A stretch of DNA of 64,000 nt. It comes from Oculina patagonica. Its lineage: Eukaryota. The notes beneath the pieces are model-generated. The model made no database searches and was not told the origin of the DNA. It was given only the letters and a program-made list of their open reading frames with translations. The DNA is taken from positions 4,092,001-4,156,000 of the forward strand of contig NC_135771.1 in NCBI RefSeq assembly GCF_052425735.1, in the 5' to 3' direction. Numbering within the stretch: the stretch's first letter is position 1; each line of letters starts with the position of its first letter. Made by a program: the position numbers and the translations under genes. Below are positions 47,267 to 61,465 of the stretch, piece after piece.

Positions 47267-49907
47267 AGGCAGCCTGGATAGATAGCAGTCGCTGTTGTAG
47301 GTCAAGTAAGTTAAGGACAAGAAAGCTTGTACACACTTATTGTGAACAAGCGGGTTAGGCTCAGCAAAATGCTTGGATACTTAAAGATTTGTTCCTGTCA
47401 TTGCAGAGTACTTGGCTTGTTTAACCCTGTTTTCCCAAACCAAACAAGTTTTAAAAGCCATTGCTTGGATTTCACCAAAATACAGTGCTGTCAAGCCTGG
47501 GGGTTGAGGGAGGGACTTCCATATGAAAAAGCAGGGATATTTGTTGGCAAATTTGGCTCCGTTTCATGATCAAAATTGCAAATAAATCTCCTCACTGATA
47601 GTCTTTACATTTCTTTTAATGTTAGTTCTGGGAATTTGGTGGCACAAGACAGTAGCCTCTAGTTGATGATATTCTTTATTCTCACTACATGTCAGCCAGC
47701 CAATGTATTAATAATTGTAAGTGGAAAATAATTAATAACATCTTGATCATAATATTATATGAGATTTACAGGGCTGAAGGGAAAGTGTCATGAGTGTTAA
47801 GCCTGGTTTTCACTAGCAACGCTTGCACAAGCGCAAGCATGACAGCTCTTATTTCACTGTGAAAAAGGCCTTGGCACAAGTGCAAGGACAAAAAAAGGAA
47901 AAATTTTGATCCTTGAGTTTGTGATTGCGTTTATGCTTGCATTAAGTTCATTTTCATAGTGAAATAAGAGCTGTTATGCTTGCACTTGTACTTGCGTTGC
48001 TAGTGAAAAACAGGCTTGAGTGTTCAAAATTAAAATGGAAGCTTCTAAAGTTTTGATCTAAGAAATAAAATGACCTTTGACTTGTTTACATGGACAGATG
48101 TACTGTGTAAGCCGTTGCGAGGAGTTCGCATTATTATTTTCATCTATGTGACAAATTAAAATTGGCAACAAAGTCTTCTAAGAGAGTGATGGCTAATCTC
48201 TTGTACAGTCAGCTTTTGTCTGACACTAGGGCATGCAGCCTAGTTCAGCTCATGACACTTCCTCTAAAGGTTGGAATGAATGAACCACCCTCTAACAATT
48301 CTGTACTTCACAAGTTTGTTTTCAGAGAAAAGAATTGCTGAAGCTTCAAGAGCTTACTTGCAAGCAAGGATTAGGAAGTCACTCTGGACGTTGAAGACTG
48401 GCTTTATTTAGTATAAAATGAAACCAGTGTCCCAACTTTTTTTTTAGAAAAACAAAAGTTTGTTGCAGATGCACTTTGTTCACAAAAATAAAGATAAATT
48501 AGAACAAGTGTGGAACTTGTGTTACTCCTCCCAACTTTTTTATTACAAATAACTTTGTTGCAAAGATGCACTTTGTTCAAAGAAGTTATTAAATCTTAGT
48601 GCAGAACTTGTGTTATTACAGCGAGTAGAAGTTGTGTACATTAAATCTTCAGAATTTCACCCTGAACTTTTTGACTTCCTTACACAGAATCCAGGATTGT
48701 GTTGACTAACTCGATTCCAATCTTTGATTTGTTCCGCCCTCGGTGGGCCAGGTAACCCTGACACAAACCCTTTTATACACAACAAGATAGCCCAGCGAGA
48801 AGGGCACCCCTGGCCAGACCTTGGCGAAGTAGACAGGGGTCGTTTTTATTCAACCAAAAATTCTTGATATTCTGGGTTGGGAAGTGAATGGAATGGAAAT
48901 TTCCCGGAATTTAATTCCAGAAAAACGAAACCGCCAGAAAATACCATTTCCATTCACCACAGAGAATACCAGGAATTCCAATCTGGTATTTTTGGGAGAG
49001 GAAAAATTAGGACATGGAAAGCGCTTAGGGTGTCCTGAGTTACCCTGCTTTGCAAGTTAATACTTCCAATGTGTTTTGAAAAGAAATATATCAGAAGTTG
49101 GCTTGCCTTGGCAAGTCAGGGCACCCTCCTTCCAAGTAAACAGGACCTCTATGTTAGAACCAGCTAAACAGGTGAAGAAGTAAAAGCTGTCAAAATACAT
49201 TGAGGAGGCATGGCCCAAAAGTAGTGACAGCACATAAAATAAAATGGCGACAAACCACAACCCTTTTCATAAACTGAAATTCCAACAAGGACAAGCAATT
49301 TTTCTTCAATTCTACTACCGTGATAAAACAGCGACAAGATATTTTTAAATTAAGTATTCCCCCTCATTTGAGAACATAATAAATGTAGAAATTACAAGCC
49401 ACACAACTTTGACATAAATATAATAAAGCATTGGCTTCTTTTGGGGCACAGGGTATTTGCTGAACCACATAGAAAAATTTTATAAAGTATGGGGGTTCAG
49501 TACTTCAAGATCAAATGACTTCTTGCAGCTTCTTGATCCATTCAAGAACTGACAAAAATTCAATACTTTTTTCAATGTTTTTTTTTTCCTTTTAAAACAG
49601 AAAGGTAAATGAAAGGAAACCAAATTGGAAAGTACAAAGACAGGGTCGGTGACAAAAGTATCTCATCGAAGAAAAGTCTATAGATTATTGCAAGTTTGAT
49701 CTGTTTGTTCTGTAACGCACACCTCGGTCTGTAAATTGAACATACGTCTTGAGAATACTTGGAAGAGAAAAAAAAAAGTACTTTGTCAAAAAGAAAGCAG
49801 TTTCCTGAAAATATCGGGCATAATTGTTTTTTCCGAGTTCATTTCTTTTACAAGGAAAGATTAGCACAGTGGCGCATTTGTTGGTCATACACTTTCGCAA
49901 ATGTGGT

Positions 49908-49923
49908 GGCTCCTAAAGGAGCC
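49908..49923 (-). terminator. Histone 3' stem-loop (H4)
   Basis: GGCTCCTTTAGGAGCC on the minus strand, 27 nt after the stop codon. Confidence 0.95.
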
Positions 49924-49950
49924 GTTTGTTGATGTTGGAGACTGAACAGT

Positions 49951-50277
<327 letters not shown>

Positions 50278-50343
50278 TTACGAATTACAAGAGAACTTTG
50301 AAAGCAAACTTCTCAGATAGCGGAATCTTGAACTGCCCGCTTT

Positions 50344-50486
50344 CTTATAGGAAATATGCGGACGCAATAGGAAACGCAAGAAAAGTTTGCCCATTTCTGA
50401 TTGGTTACTTTTTAAAGAGCTCTGAACCAATCACGTTGTGGTCTTTTCTCTCTGTCTGAACTTTCGATCCTCAAAACCTTGAAGCT
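50344..50486 (-). promoter_or_regulatory. Histone H4 promoter
   Basis: TATAAG (50344-50349), GTCCGC box, CCAAT boxes (~50400, 50428) and a 29-bp box at 50458-50486 shared with H3. Confidence 0.7.
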
Positions 50487-51384
50487 CGAGATCAGAAAAT
50501 AAAACTGTACCCCCATATGCCGTCATAAATTAGTCTGCATTTATTTGTTACCTTCATTTTATGTTCTTTGATGATCGCAGATTATGTACCTCTAGCCAAG
50601 GTATGTTTTTTTGCATCTTGCAAACCCGTCGGGAACTTGAATAGCTTGAAATCAAACGTGCAATCAAGCCCTTGGGGAATTTTGCTCGACCTCTGGTTCT
50701 GTTTTCCACTTGGTTAAGAGCTTTTAGATCGCAGGTGACTGGAAATCTGGATATTTCCTAGTTTAAGTGAAAAATTTCTGTTTTGTATGTCCCAAGCCAC
50801 TTGTTTGTCATTATTTCATTTTATGTGATCTCCTTACTTTTTCAGGCATGTCACTTGTCACCATCATTTTCCTGAGTGGGGGATGTAGTGTGGGTATATA
50901 ACATTTTCCCGGAAAATTTTCCTCTGCAAACTTTTTTTTCGAACAAAACCTTAACCGGGGTTTTGTTCGTCTGCAACGCAGGCTAAAAACCTTCCTGCAA
51001 ACAATTTTTTACCATCATTTTACCATGTTCTGAACACACAAAAGAGGTTGATTGTTTTTTTCTGCCATCAATCATTACTTAAGCTTAATTTGATATTTTA
51101 CGGCGGCGACCATTTGGAAAAAGAGAAATCTACAAAGCAGATCAAAATCCACCAATCACTGCCAATTTCAGTTATTTATTGTTTCTCTGACTTCAATGCA
51201 AACTATTTTTTATTGTCTTTTTAGGCCCTGCAAACAATTTTTTTTTCAATATTTTCATACCCCCCTCTAGTAAATTAGTGGTCCGTCCCTAGTCTTTTTT
51301 GCAGTTCTTTTTTAGATGAGTGTTGCATGAAATCCCCAAAAACGGCTGCAAAGGGGTTAAATTTACCCTGCCATGGCCAAACTC

Positions 51385-51660
51385 TCGCTGTGGTGCATGG
51401 TTAGTGCGCCGTACTCCAGATCGAGCAGTCTGGGTTTGAGACCTGGCCGGGGTCACTAGCACTGCAGTGTTCTTGGGCAAGACACTTAACTCTCATAGTG
51501 CCTTTCTCCACCCAGGTATATAAATGGGTACCAGCGTCGTAATGCTGGGGGGGGGGGTACCCTGGGATGGACTAGCATCCCATTCAGGGGGGAGTAGAAA
51601 TATTCCTAGCCGCTTAATGCTACCAAAAGTGGGATAAGCTCTGGCAGTATGGGCCGCACC
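51385..51660 (+). mobile_element. Near full-length tRNA-derived SINE
   Basis: A-box-like tggtgcatggttagtgcg and B-box-like gggtttgagacc, followed by the family core and tail. Confidence 0.8.
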
Positions 51661-51856
51661 GCTTGAGAATTCTTCCCTTTATGGCCTAACTCTCACCATA
51701 AATGACAGGTTTTGTTGGTGATTTTAAATAATGTACATACACAGCAGACATGTGGAAAATTTATTTTATTATTAAATTGTGTTCTCTAATTTTGTACAAA
51801 AATAACCTATGAATGAAATAAGCAATTATTTTTATTCTTAATAACAGGGGCTATTA

Positions 51857-52024
51857 CAGCAAGGCACCCAAAAGTGTGACCACTTTTAATCTATTCACAT
51901 TCTTTCGTGCAGATTTAATCCAATCAGAAGTCAACTGCAAGCTGTCCTCGGCTTTTGATTGGATTAAATCTGCACAAAAAATGTGAATAAATTAAAAGTG
52001 GTCACACTTTTGGGCGCCTTGCTG
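51857..52024. mobile_element. Palindromic TA-flanked MITE
   Basis: ta|cagcaaggcacccaaaagtgtgaccacttttaat ... attaaaagtggtcacacttttgggcgccttgctg|ta, with ~75-bp arms. Confidence 0.8.
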
Positions 52025-53111
52025 TAAACCCCTCTCTACCACATTTTAAAGTACTATTCTGGAAAATCTGTCAAAACTACATCTGCCTACTAGGGGAGGT
52101 GTCCAGTTATGGAAACACACTTGTCACACAATCTTTTAACATTGTGTGACACTGTGTGGAAATATATTTCAGTGTCACTTCACTTAAGCTCACCCCTAAA
52201 TGAAAAGAACATTCTATGTGCCTGTGAAAAATAAGTGTATCATGAACTTCCAAAAATTGCCCATGAAGAAACCACTACGTTGATCATGTTATCTTTACTT
52301 GAGGTTTTGTTTTTTCAGAGAGAAGGGAATTTTTATGGAACGTTTGAGGCAAATAAAAAAAGGGTATAAGGGGAAATTATACCAATCATTAGAAAGCAGT
52401 AAACCCACCTATGGGGTTCTGCTTACAAATGGGGGGGCTATTTTTGGAAGTTTAGTCCATGATTATGATAAATCAGTCAAACTACTGGCTTTGGATCAAC
52501 TTCTTACATAAAGCTTTCGTGAAATCTGGAACTCATAAATAATGAAAAAATTAAATAAAAGACAGTTAAACTGGTCAAGTATAAAAAATACCTACTGGCA
52601 ATTTACAAAATGGGTTTGCATAGCTATCTAAAGTACAAAATATGAAAGGTCTCTCGACCCTGAGAACAAGGTTGCCCCTTTAGCCCGAAGGGGGGGTGAT
52701 CATTTAATTTTCCTTATTATATCGGAATTTGCTTTTGCTTTTAGGGATGCATGGCCATCAGAATCAAGAATTTGAATAGCCATGAAGTTCAAGTCCCTAA
52801 ATGAGATCATGACCAGTTCAGACTGCTGCAGATGCAACCAAGTTTTAGTTTTGGGTTCATTCATTAACAATTTTGAAACGTTTTTTGTCTGAAAGGTTTA
52901 TGCACCTGTCGTCATAAAAAGGATGACAACTTGGAGATAATTTTGTATATTTACATGTACATCTGTTTCCGTCTGCATTAGTTTCAAAAATGCTTATATA
53001 TACACAGGCCGATTCCTGTCTGACAAACTGTATTTCTGTCGTGTTTAATTTGTATGTCTTGATTTCCTACCTTTTATCTAAAGATATCTACATTAAAAGT
53101 TTATTTTACTG

Positions 53112-56100
53112 CTATAATAATGGCTTGCGATCATCACCACTTCTTACTGATGATTGCGATCCTGACGTACTGGGTTGTTCTGTGGCAGAACTGTCCCCAA
53201 TTAATGCCGTTGAGCTTGTTGATCCATCTGTTACTCTCTGGCTACGCAGTGATGAACGTCCAGCACTTCTAGGTCGTCTCTGATCATCTTCATAGTTTAC
53301 TTGGCCAGGAAGAGAAGCTGAAGAACCAGTGGATCCTACATACCAAGGAAAATATATTTTACATTTTGGTGTTGTTACAGAAGATATCCAAAACTCTCCC
53401 ATGGAAGAATTTCTGGTATGAGCCTCCCCCCCCCCCCCCCCCCACCCATATCCCACTCCTGTAGAAATTCCAGTTTACAGAGCCACAGGCAACCCACTTT
53501 TGTTTTGGGCAACTTGTACAACTTTGCTGTCTATAAAAGCTTTTTAGAGCCCGGTATCCAAGATTTCTTACATAAGAGCCTTCGGTGCACCCTGCAATTG
53601 ATTATTCTTTAAGCACGGCTTTGAGTTTAGCTTCATTCTTTCAGATTTCATTAACTACTTTGGCTTAAGCCCTCCCCCCCCCCCTTTCAGAATTTCCCTG
53701 ACCTTCTTAAGGGTGGGTATGGATCCCATGGATATTATCTGAAGATGCACATCAAAAACAGGAAGAGTAGTTAGCTAATAATAATATTTATTTAGTGCAC
53801 TCCGGATCTAAAGATCATCATTGTGTTTTGTAGTTTCAAATTAAATTTTGCTTTTTTTACATGGCATTACATGGCCCAACATTTTGCCAGTACCTATCAA
53901 TACTTTAGAGAAGAGAGGCCATTTATTTAGGAATCAATTGTCTCGCTTGGGGACAAAACGCAATCACCCTGGTCAGGCTGGAACCCAGACTTTTTAACCC
54001 AGAGCCCAACGCATGCATACCATGTTATTTTATTCGATTAAGAGCCTTGGGCGCTTATTAAATTTTTTTATTTTGAGAGTGTGCGCTTATTCGTGGCTGG
54101 GGACTTATAAAAATTTTCATTATTTTGCAAGAAAACAGAAAACAGTATAGTATTGTAATTTAAGTAAGGTAACTGTATTGTAGTGCAAGTAGCTGTGTTG
54201 TATAACATTTATTGTAGTGCAAGTAGCTGTGTTGTATAACATTTGTATTATAAGTAGTGTGTTGTAATGAACTGTATTTAGCCTCAGTGTTGTAAGTAGG
54301 GTTGGCAAATTCATTAAAAAAAAAAAAAAACAGTAAATAATAACAGAAAGTAAAAGGTGAATCAAAGCTGAATTTTAACTGTTCATTGAAAGTTCCTGTA
54401 CTTAACTAAGAAAGCGCAGACCTCGGGGTAGTCAATTTCACTCCTTTTATTTTACTCCTCTTGTGCACTTCATTTTTAGGGGGTGGGGTGGGTGCTTATT
54501 CGAGATGGGAACTTATTTGAGGGGGGGTTAATGGAATAAATATGGTATTCATGTAAGAGTGCATGAGCAAGTAGCTTACCTGACGGAGATGAGGGATGCT
54601 CTTCAATTAACGGCATTGATGCAACAGAAACTTTTTTCTTTCTGCTGGCTGCCCCTTGGCCTTCTTCCCAGTCTTCCACCTCATCAAGAAGCTTCTCTAC
54701 ACTATCTGGCCGTGAAGTCACTGAAATTCCAGTCCCGGGTCGGCTCCCTGAACTTGACGTGGTTCTCATTGCGTCAAATGTCGAATAAGGACCTGCCATG
54801 TCTATCATGCTATCCCAGTCAAATGCCGTGGAGCTACCATACAGACTTGATGGAGTCTTCTGTTTTTCAGCTTCCTTGAGTGCTGTATAAACTTTCTGTT
54901 CCACATCATGTTTGACTTTATCCATGCGTCCATTCACAAATGTTCCCAGTACGTACATTTTTAGAAGCATGCGTTTCTTCATGGGATCCATCAGGATGAA
55001 GTCATACTCTCGCTGATCAAGCCTCTTTCTCATCTGTGGCATCATGATCATGAACTCCTTGGCTGTCTCACGGATCGTCTTTTTCACAGATTGTGCAAAC
55101 AGTGAATGAGGTGCCAAGGTCCTGTGGGCTTCAATGAGTTCATCAAGAAGGTCCCACAAGGAATCAAAAGTTGGGTCATCCAGAAATTCTGCTTCACGGC
55201 AGTATGCATTGATGATGTGAATCTGTCTTTCCAATTCGTGAACTGGTGCGAAGATGGGTGTACTTGATAGTGCTTTCTCCAAAGTATGACGGCCCCTCAG
55301 CACAGCTCGCATGTACTTCTTTGTTTCCTCGCTTATGATGCTTTTTCCATCAGTACTCAGCATTGGCCAGAGAGGTTGCTTTGTAAATATGACACGCTTG
55401 TACCGCAGCAACAGATAGACGATCCACAGGACTGCAACACATAACCAAGATACGTTCACCCATGTAAGGATAGTAAATGGAATGGGTGGCGCAAAGAAGG
55501 CATTTACTATTTCATTGTTGCTGAACATCTCAACCATACAACCCACGTATGCGTTGCTTATGTTGACAGCCAAACAAAACAAAATCATGAAGTTGAATGA
55601 CGAGACACGAAATGGGACACTTCGGACCATAATCAGACTCAGCATAGACAGCAGTGCTCCAATTCCGCCACCCAGACGATCAATGGTACATAAACCAACT
55701 GCTAGCAAGACCAAGAAGATCTTTGCCACGACCCATGTTGGAGTGATGTTGAAAAGAACGTGTAGCAGTCGTGAAATGCTCTTCCAGCAACACCAACCCA
55801 TGAAAGACCTGAAAGCACTCATGGGTGGCCGAGCCAGGCCTGAAGAAAACAACCCGAACAACACCAGGAAAAAGAACAAAAAAATTGGGATGTTTATAAG
55901 CAGTCTCTCCCCCATGGTGAGTCTCTCCGGGTCAGTTTCAGTGAAAAGCAGGAAGGTGGCAAAATAGCACACAAGACAAAATTTTAGTATCATCATAATA
56001 GGCCTGTAATAGATCCAAAGCCGACGGAACGATGAAAAGAGATGGAACTGTCCGACTGCCCATAAAATGTCAAGTCCTTGATTGTACTCAGCTTCTTTCA

Positions 56101-56860
56101 GTTGCAGGTAGCCTTCATGTTTCTCTTCGCTGTAGCAAATGACTTGGCCTCGGATTTTTCTGATCATGTTTATTGGGTACACTAAGAACAGCAGAATCCC
56201 CACCAAAATGGCGATACCGACAAACAAACAATGCTCTAAGCTGTCTAAAGTGTAGCACTGTACGTTATTTTCCACGTTCCATATTCCATCACTTCGGCAG
56301 TGAAAGACACGAGCATATGCAATCCCAACAGGTAAGCTAGCCAGCTGGATAAAAACACTGAAGATACGTTTCATTCTGGCAACATGAAGCAGCAAATACA
56401 ACGGCTTTCGATAGAGGAAAACTCCATAAGTTATTAAAAATCCACAGCCAATAACGGCGATACCAACAGTCCATCCTATCAAATAGTAGCCATAATTTAT
56501 TCCAATGCTTTCTGAAGGCAAAAATGTGTCAAGATTTGGCGGCCCTATGTAGGCTCCAGAATCAACTTTCATAAACTCCCAAATGTCCAAGTTAAAAATA
56601 AACGCATACGATGAATATTTCACAAACTCTCTTGGATAACCCCAGCGTTCGCCCATCGCCAAGATCAGTGCAAAAATCTGTACATGTTGAATAATCATAA
56701 TTACAGCATCGGACACCCATAGAGTGATTCCATGATGTACAAAAACTTCTTCGTTTTCTTCGTCTTCATCGTCGAGATCTACCACAACTTTCTCAGGTTT
56801 CTCAATCAATGGGAGCTGATCTACGTCCTTCTTCTTAAGATTTCTGTTCAAAAGAGCCAT
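53112..56860 (-). CDS. Uncharacterised multi-pass membrane protein, ~835 aa, 2 exons
   Basis: Exon 1 56860-54580 (donor G|gtaagc) and exon 2 53335-53112 in phase. Roughly 10-12 hydrophobic segments, then a helical cytoplasmic domain and a Ser-rich tail. No family recognised with confidence. Confidence 0.88.
54020..54545. mobile_element. TA-flanked MITE carrying a poly(A)-tailed retro-fragment (~54145-54330)
   Basis: Degenerate TIR tacca..ttattc / gaataaatatggta with gcgcttatt sub-repeats. The internal tgtagtgcaagtagctgtg repeats end in an A-run flanked by aaaacagta. Confidence 0.55.
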
Positions 56861-57085
56861 TTTGAAAGAGTTTGCAAGACCCTTTTAGATTTTTTCCGCG
56901 AAGAATTGACTTCTAAACAACCTCAGAATGCATGACCTTCGTCATTAGCTTGCGTTACCATGGGTTCTATTTGGGTAAATTTTACCAAATATGGTGTGAT
57001 TGACGTCTGTGCTTACCTCACTTTCATGGGGCAAAATAGCCCCGTCTCTACCCCTGCTGAAAGGATTATCAACACGAGAGAAAAC

Positions 57086-60000
57086 ATGGCGCTGAAGTTT
57101 GCAGCGAATTTGTCATTTTGTTTTTTAGAACATGAAAACTTCCTTAATAGATACCAAGCGGCAAAAAATGCAGGTAAATAACTCGACTACGTGTTTATTG
57201 GTGTAAGGGTCATGTAGAATTTCTTAATCAATTTTAACCGAATTTTAATGACATTGTTTTGAAAAAATTATATATGGAGGATTCATAAATATTCAAGAGT
57301 GCTTAAATTTTTGTTGTAAATTAAATTAGGTTTATGGTCCGTTGAAGTTTTAGTCCATAAGATTCCTTTTTCGGCAAGATTTCCGTACAGCCCCATACAT
57401 TAATTATCTTATTATGCATGCAATTTTGTGACTGATTCGTTTTTTTCATGATTGCTGTTTGTGAATAGTGATAGTAAGAAATAGTTGCATACATAATTAA
57501 TGTATGGGGCTGTGCGGAAATCTTTCCCCTTTTTCCTTCAAGCTTTGTACTTTTAATGTCTTTTAAATGTAAACAGTAAATTTATGCACTTTCAGTTAGT
57601 TTAAGTTATGCACCTATCAATGGTTTGCCCCAGGATGGGGGGATGCATTCGGTTTGCATTTTTTGCTGATTCATTTTTATTTATTTTTATTCCAGACAGT
57701 TATTCGTAAGTCAATCATTTAATTTCTTTAGAAAATTCAGTTCTCATTGTGTTCTTTACTCATTGCTCTTTCACATCTTATTCCATTCATTTCTCACTCA
57801 ACTCAAAATTATGATTTTATTCAACCAGAAACCCATAAGGTTTGAAACGTGTAACTCCCTATGATTCGCATTGTACAAAGCATTTGCACATTCCTTTACA
57901 CTAAGTACCATATCTGGAAAATTACGAGAACCATTTAACCATTAAAAATTACTATATTTGGATTAAATTCACAGTGCGCGCTAGCTCACCCTCGATGGCG
58001 TTATTTTGTTTTTGAACAAGCTTGGTCAAATAAAGTTAAATTTGGTTAAACTCTCCTGTTTCATCTTCTTGAAGTAGTCTGGAGAACTTTGCTTCAATAC
58101 ACTTAATGTATCTTTAGTTTCTGTATTAAAGAAATTTACAGCGTTTAGGTCGAAATTCAAGCAACTTACCGCAAAACCAAAAATTATGTTGCGTGTGTCA
58201 TTTTGTGTATAAAGCATTCGCATACAAATTCTTCGTGTTTCCAAATATGGTACTTAGCAAAATGCGCTGTGCGTGCGTGTTACATGTTTCAACCCTTATG
58301 GGTTTCTGAAATCTTCAACTTAATTTTTATTTCAGGCTTCAAGGGTGTTGAATCTGGCTTTCCACTTGACATTCCCATCGATGAATTATCTAACACTAGA
58401 GAAAACATACAAATAGAACAAGTGCATATGAATGCTTTTGATGGTAGGTACTAAAATATGTGAGTGGCCTTTATTTACTATGTTGTTTGACAATTTTAAA
58501 AATATAACTTTTTTGATAATAGTTAATTTTACAGTTGTCATTTTCCCAGAAAAGCCCCCTTGTGGAGAGGTTTTTTTGACATGTCCGTTTAAGAAAGGAC
58601 AGAAAACTTGAACTTAATTTTTTTTCTACATTTGGAGGTTGATAAGTGGAGGGGGACAGGGGGTCTGAACCTCTCGCCTCCCATACCTTTTACTCTCGCT
58701 CCCCATACCTTTCCGTAGCCGTTGTCTCCTCTTGGTTTCATATCTATTGCAAAGATACAATGAAATGTTGCAAAATTTTACTCGTTTTCTCCCGGTTCCC
58801 ACCACCTTAAGAATCCGGCCTCCCACCCTCTCTCCTTCTGCTTACCAACCCTTTTCTCCCGAGTTGCTGCCTTCCTGTCCCCATCCACTGATAAAGTTTG
58901 TAATAATAAAAAATATTAGTAGTAGAAAATGGGCATCATTCTCTACTTAGGTGTATAGAAGGGTAACCATTTCTGTCAAAAATGGTATACTCAAAAGGCA
59001 AAGGCAAGGGTTTGGACCTTGGAGAAGCCTGAGTTTCATCCTCCTCCTCCTCCTCCTCCCCACCCCATCCCCTCCTGGGAGGGGCGGCAGCGGTACCTTC
59101 AGCTCCCATATGTGACCGCCTCTGACTTACTTGTCTTAAATCCTAGCTCTCTTCTAGCAGGATAGGGCCATAGTGCGACCACCTCTATCTAATATTAAGT
59201 GCTGGGTACATACAGTTGTATGCAAGGAGTTCACTGTAGTCTTTTTTTCCTTTTAGGAAATTCTAAAGGACTTGCTGCAGTCCCCAGTAGAGAAGAAGAA
59301 TTTAAACAATGCTTAGAATTATCTATTAAGTATGCTGAAGCTCTTAAATGCACAAGGTAAACACTATAGTATTATGTTACTGGACAACATTAGTGGCTTT
59401 TTGGTTCAGACATACTTCTTGGGAGCATGCAATCAACCAGAGGAAGATGTCTGAAATTCAAGTCTAGATCTTCATCCACCAGATACAATTTTTAAGGTTA
59501 ATCTTAAATGTTGAAAGCAAGGGAGAGAATTGAGAGCAAGATTAGAGAGTTGCCCTTCTTGGCACTTGATCAGTGACCAAACATTCAATGTGCTTGATAT
59601 AAAATACATGTATCTCTGGCAAATTATGTTATTTGCATCCTTGTTTTTAGGCTACACGTATTAGCTGGTGTTTTTCCTGGTGGCGTTGATAAAACAGATA
59701 ACAAGTTAGCCGTGTCATGGGAGGAGATGTATGTTAAGAATATGAAATATGCTGCTCAGAGACTGGAAGAGGTGACATAACAAAAATAGATAACAAATAT
59801 TTGTTTATTTTTAAATAATTATAATAAACATAAATTTATATAGCACACCATCTAAAAAATCCATAGCGCTATGCAAATGATAAACTCAAGGTATGGGAAG
59901 CAGAAGGTTCAGACCCTCCCAAGAAAAGATTGCATAAAAAGCTAAGAGAATGAGTGAATTTCAGGATTATCTTTCCTATTGTTTTGAAACTGAGTTGCTT

Positions 60001-61465
60001 TGTTATTGCTTTTTCAGTGTGGAATCACTCTTCTTATAGAGCCAATCAGTACAATTCCAGGATATTTTTTGACTCGCACGCAACAAGGTATTGTATTATT
60101 CTTGCTAAATGTCATGCTTGTTTGATTGATTTAGAGAAATATATTATTAAATTCTGATGGTAAAGTTGCTCGGATTCACTAAATGTTCATGATTCACTTT
60201 TGATAGCAATTGATTTAATCAAGAAAGTGGATCACAAAAACATGAAACTTCAACTGGTAAGTGTCAGACAGTTATAAATATTTATGCATTAATTAGATCT
60301 GACTGATTTAAAAATGTAAAATTATGTTTCATTGTAATAACTGTATTTAATACTAATAATGAAAAAAATAATATATTGTTTTAATGATTTGTGATTTGTT
60401 CACACCTGATCTTTGTTTGCAGGACTTCTTCCATCATCAACGAACAAATGGAAATTTGACACAAACTTTGATTGACTCCATGCCTTATCTTGGTATAAAA
60501 CTTGTGATTTAATATGCATTACATACTTACAAACTGTTAACATGCAGTTTTGTCTGGAAGTAATAGAATATGCACCTTTTTTGATGAATCAGGACATTAT
60601 TCTTTCTATTTCTTTCTATTTTTTATTAATATATAACTAGTGTACATATTTTACATTTTACATTTTATTTCACTTCATTTATTGTATTGTTCACAAAAGT
60701 GTACAATAAAATTTTATCTTATCTTATCTTATATCTTTCCAGGGTATATTCAAATAAGCCAAGTTCCATCACGGAATGAACCAGATTCAGATGGTGAAAT
60801 CAATTATCCATTCATATTCCATCAGATTGCAAAACTAGGATACAAGGGATGGATAGGCTGTGAATACCATCCTAGAGGTAAGAGATATCAATACTTCCAC
60901 TCTTCAGAGTGAAAAAAACAACAAAATTTTATTTTCTAAAGAAACTTTAGCAGAATGAGAGTTATAAGCTTGAACACTGAAGAGCAAGGGGTAGGCGTGC
61001 AATCCATTCTGGTTAGCCTAACTAGCACTTCAGATAGCATAAATACCACTCTGGTTAGCCTACAGTTAGCTTAGGAAGCTTGCGGTTAGCCTTTTTAGAT
61101 TTTTCGAATATGGATTTCTGCCTCGCTGCCTCGCCTCACATGCCTTGCTGCCTTGTCTTGGCACGCCTCCCTGCCTTGCACATTTGCAAGTCTTAGCTCC
61201 TCCAATTAGCCTGTGCCGCAGACGAAACTAAACCCTTGGTTACTAGCCAGGGTTAGATTATGTCTGTGACGCAGGCTTTCAATTCATTGGATTGAAACAG
61301 ATTTAAACCTCTGATAGTTAATTATTTATAACTGATCCCAGACAACTGCTGAAGTAGCTTTTTTCAGGTCATTCCATGTTTCGACTATAAAGTGCTATTT
61401 TTTTCTTTTTTATAGGTCGGACAGAAGATGGTTTGGGATGGTTAGCACCTTATCTTGTTGATTAA
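57086..61465 (+). CDS. HYI: Putative hydroxypyruvate isomerase, 9 exons
   Basis: Exons at approx. 57086-57173 ([11 protein letters not shown]), 58336-58444 (GFKGVE), 59257-59356 (GLAAVP), 59651-59771, 60019-60087 (LLIEPI..PGYFL), 60207-60256 (KLQL), 60423-60492 ([12 protein letters not shown]), 60743-60877 ([20 protein letters not shown]), 61416-61465 (EDGLGWL). Confidence 0.93.
57375..57525. mobile_element. Palindromic MITE in HYI intron 1
   Basis: aagatttccgtacagccccatacattaattat / ataattaatgtatggggctgtgcggaaatctt. Confidence 0.7.
57828..58307. mobile_element. MITE in HYI intron 1
   Basis: cagaaacccataaggtttgaaacgtgtaac / gttacatgtttcaacccttatgggtttctg. Confidence 0.7.

Noticed and set aside
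48430-48615. ~100-bp tandem duplication downstream of ZRANB2
   Set aside because: Real but diverged, with no structure or coding signal; an ordinary local duplication.
54476-54579. Last 34 aa of the 794-aa ORF
   Set aside because: Read-through past a strong donor into a MITE; an in-phase second exon exists at 53335.
57086-61465. HYI as a recent bacterial transfer or contaminant
   Set aside because: It has eight canonical introns and HYI is widespread in animals.
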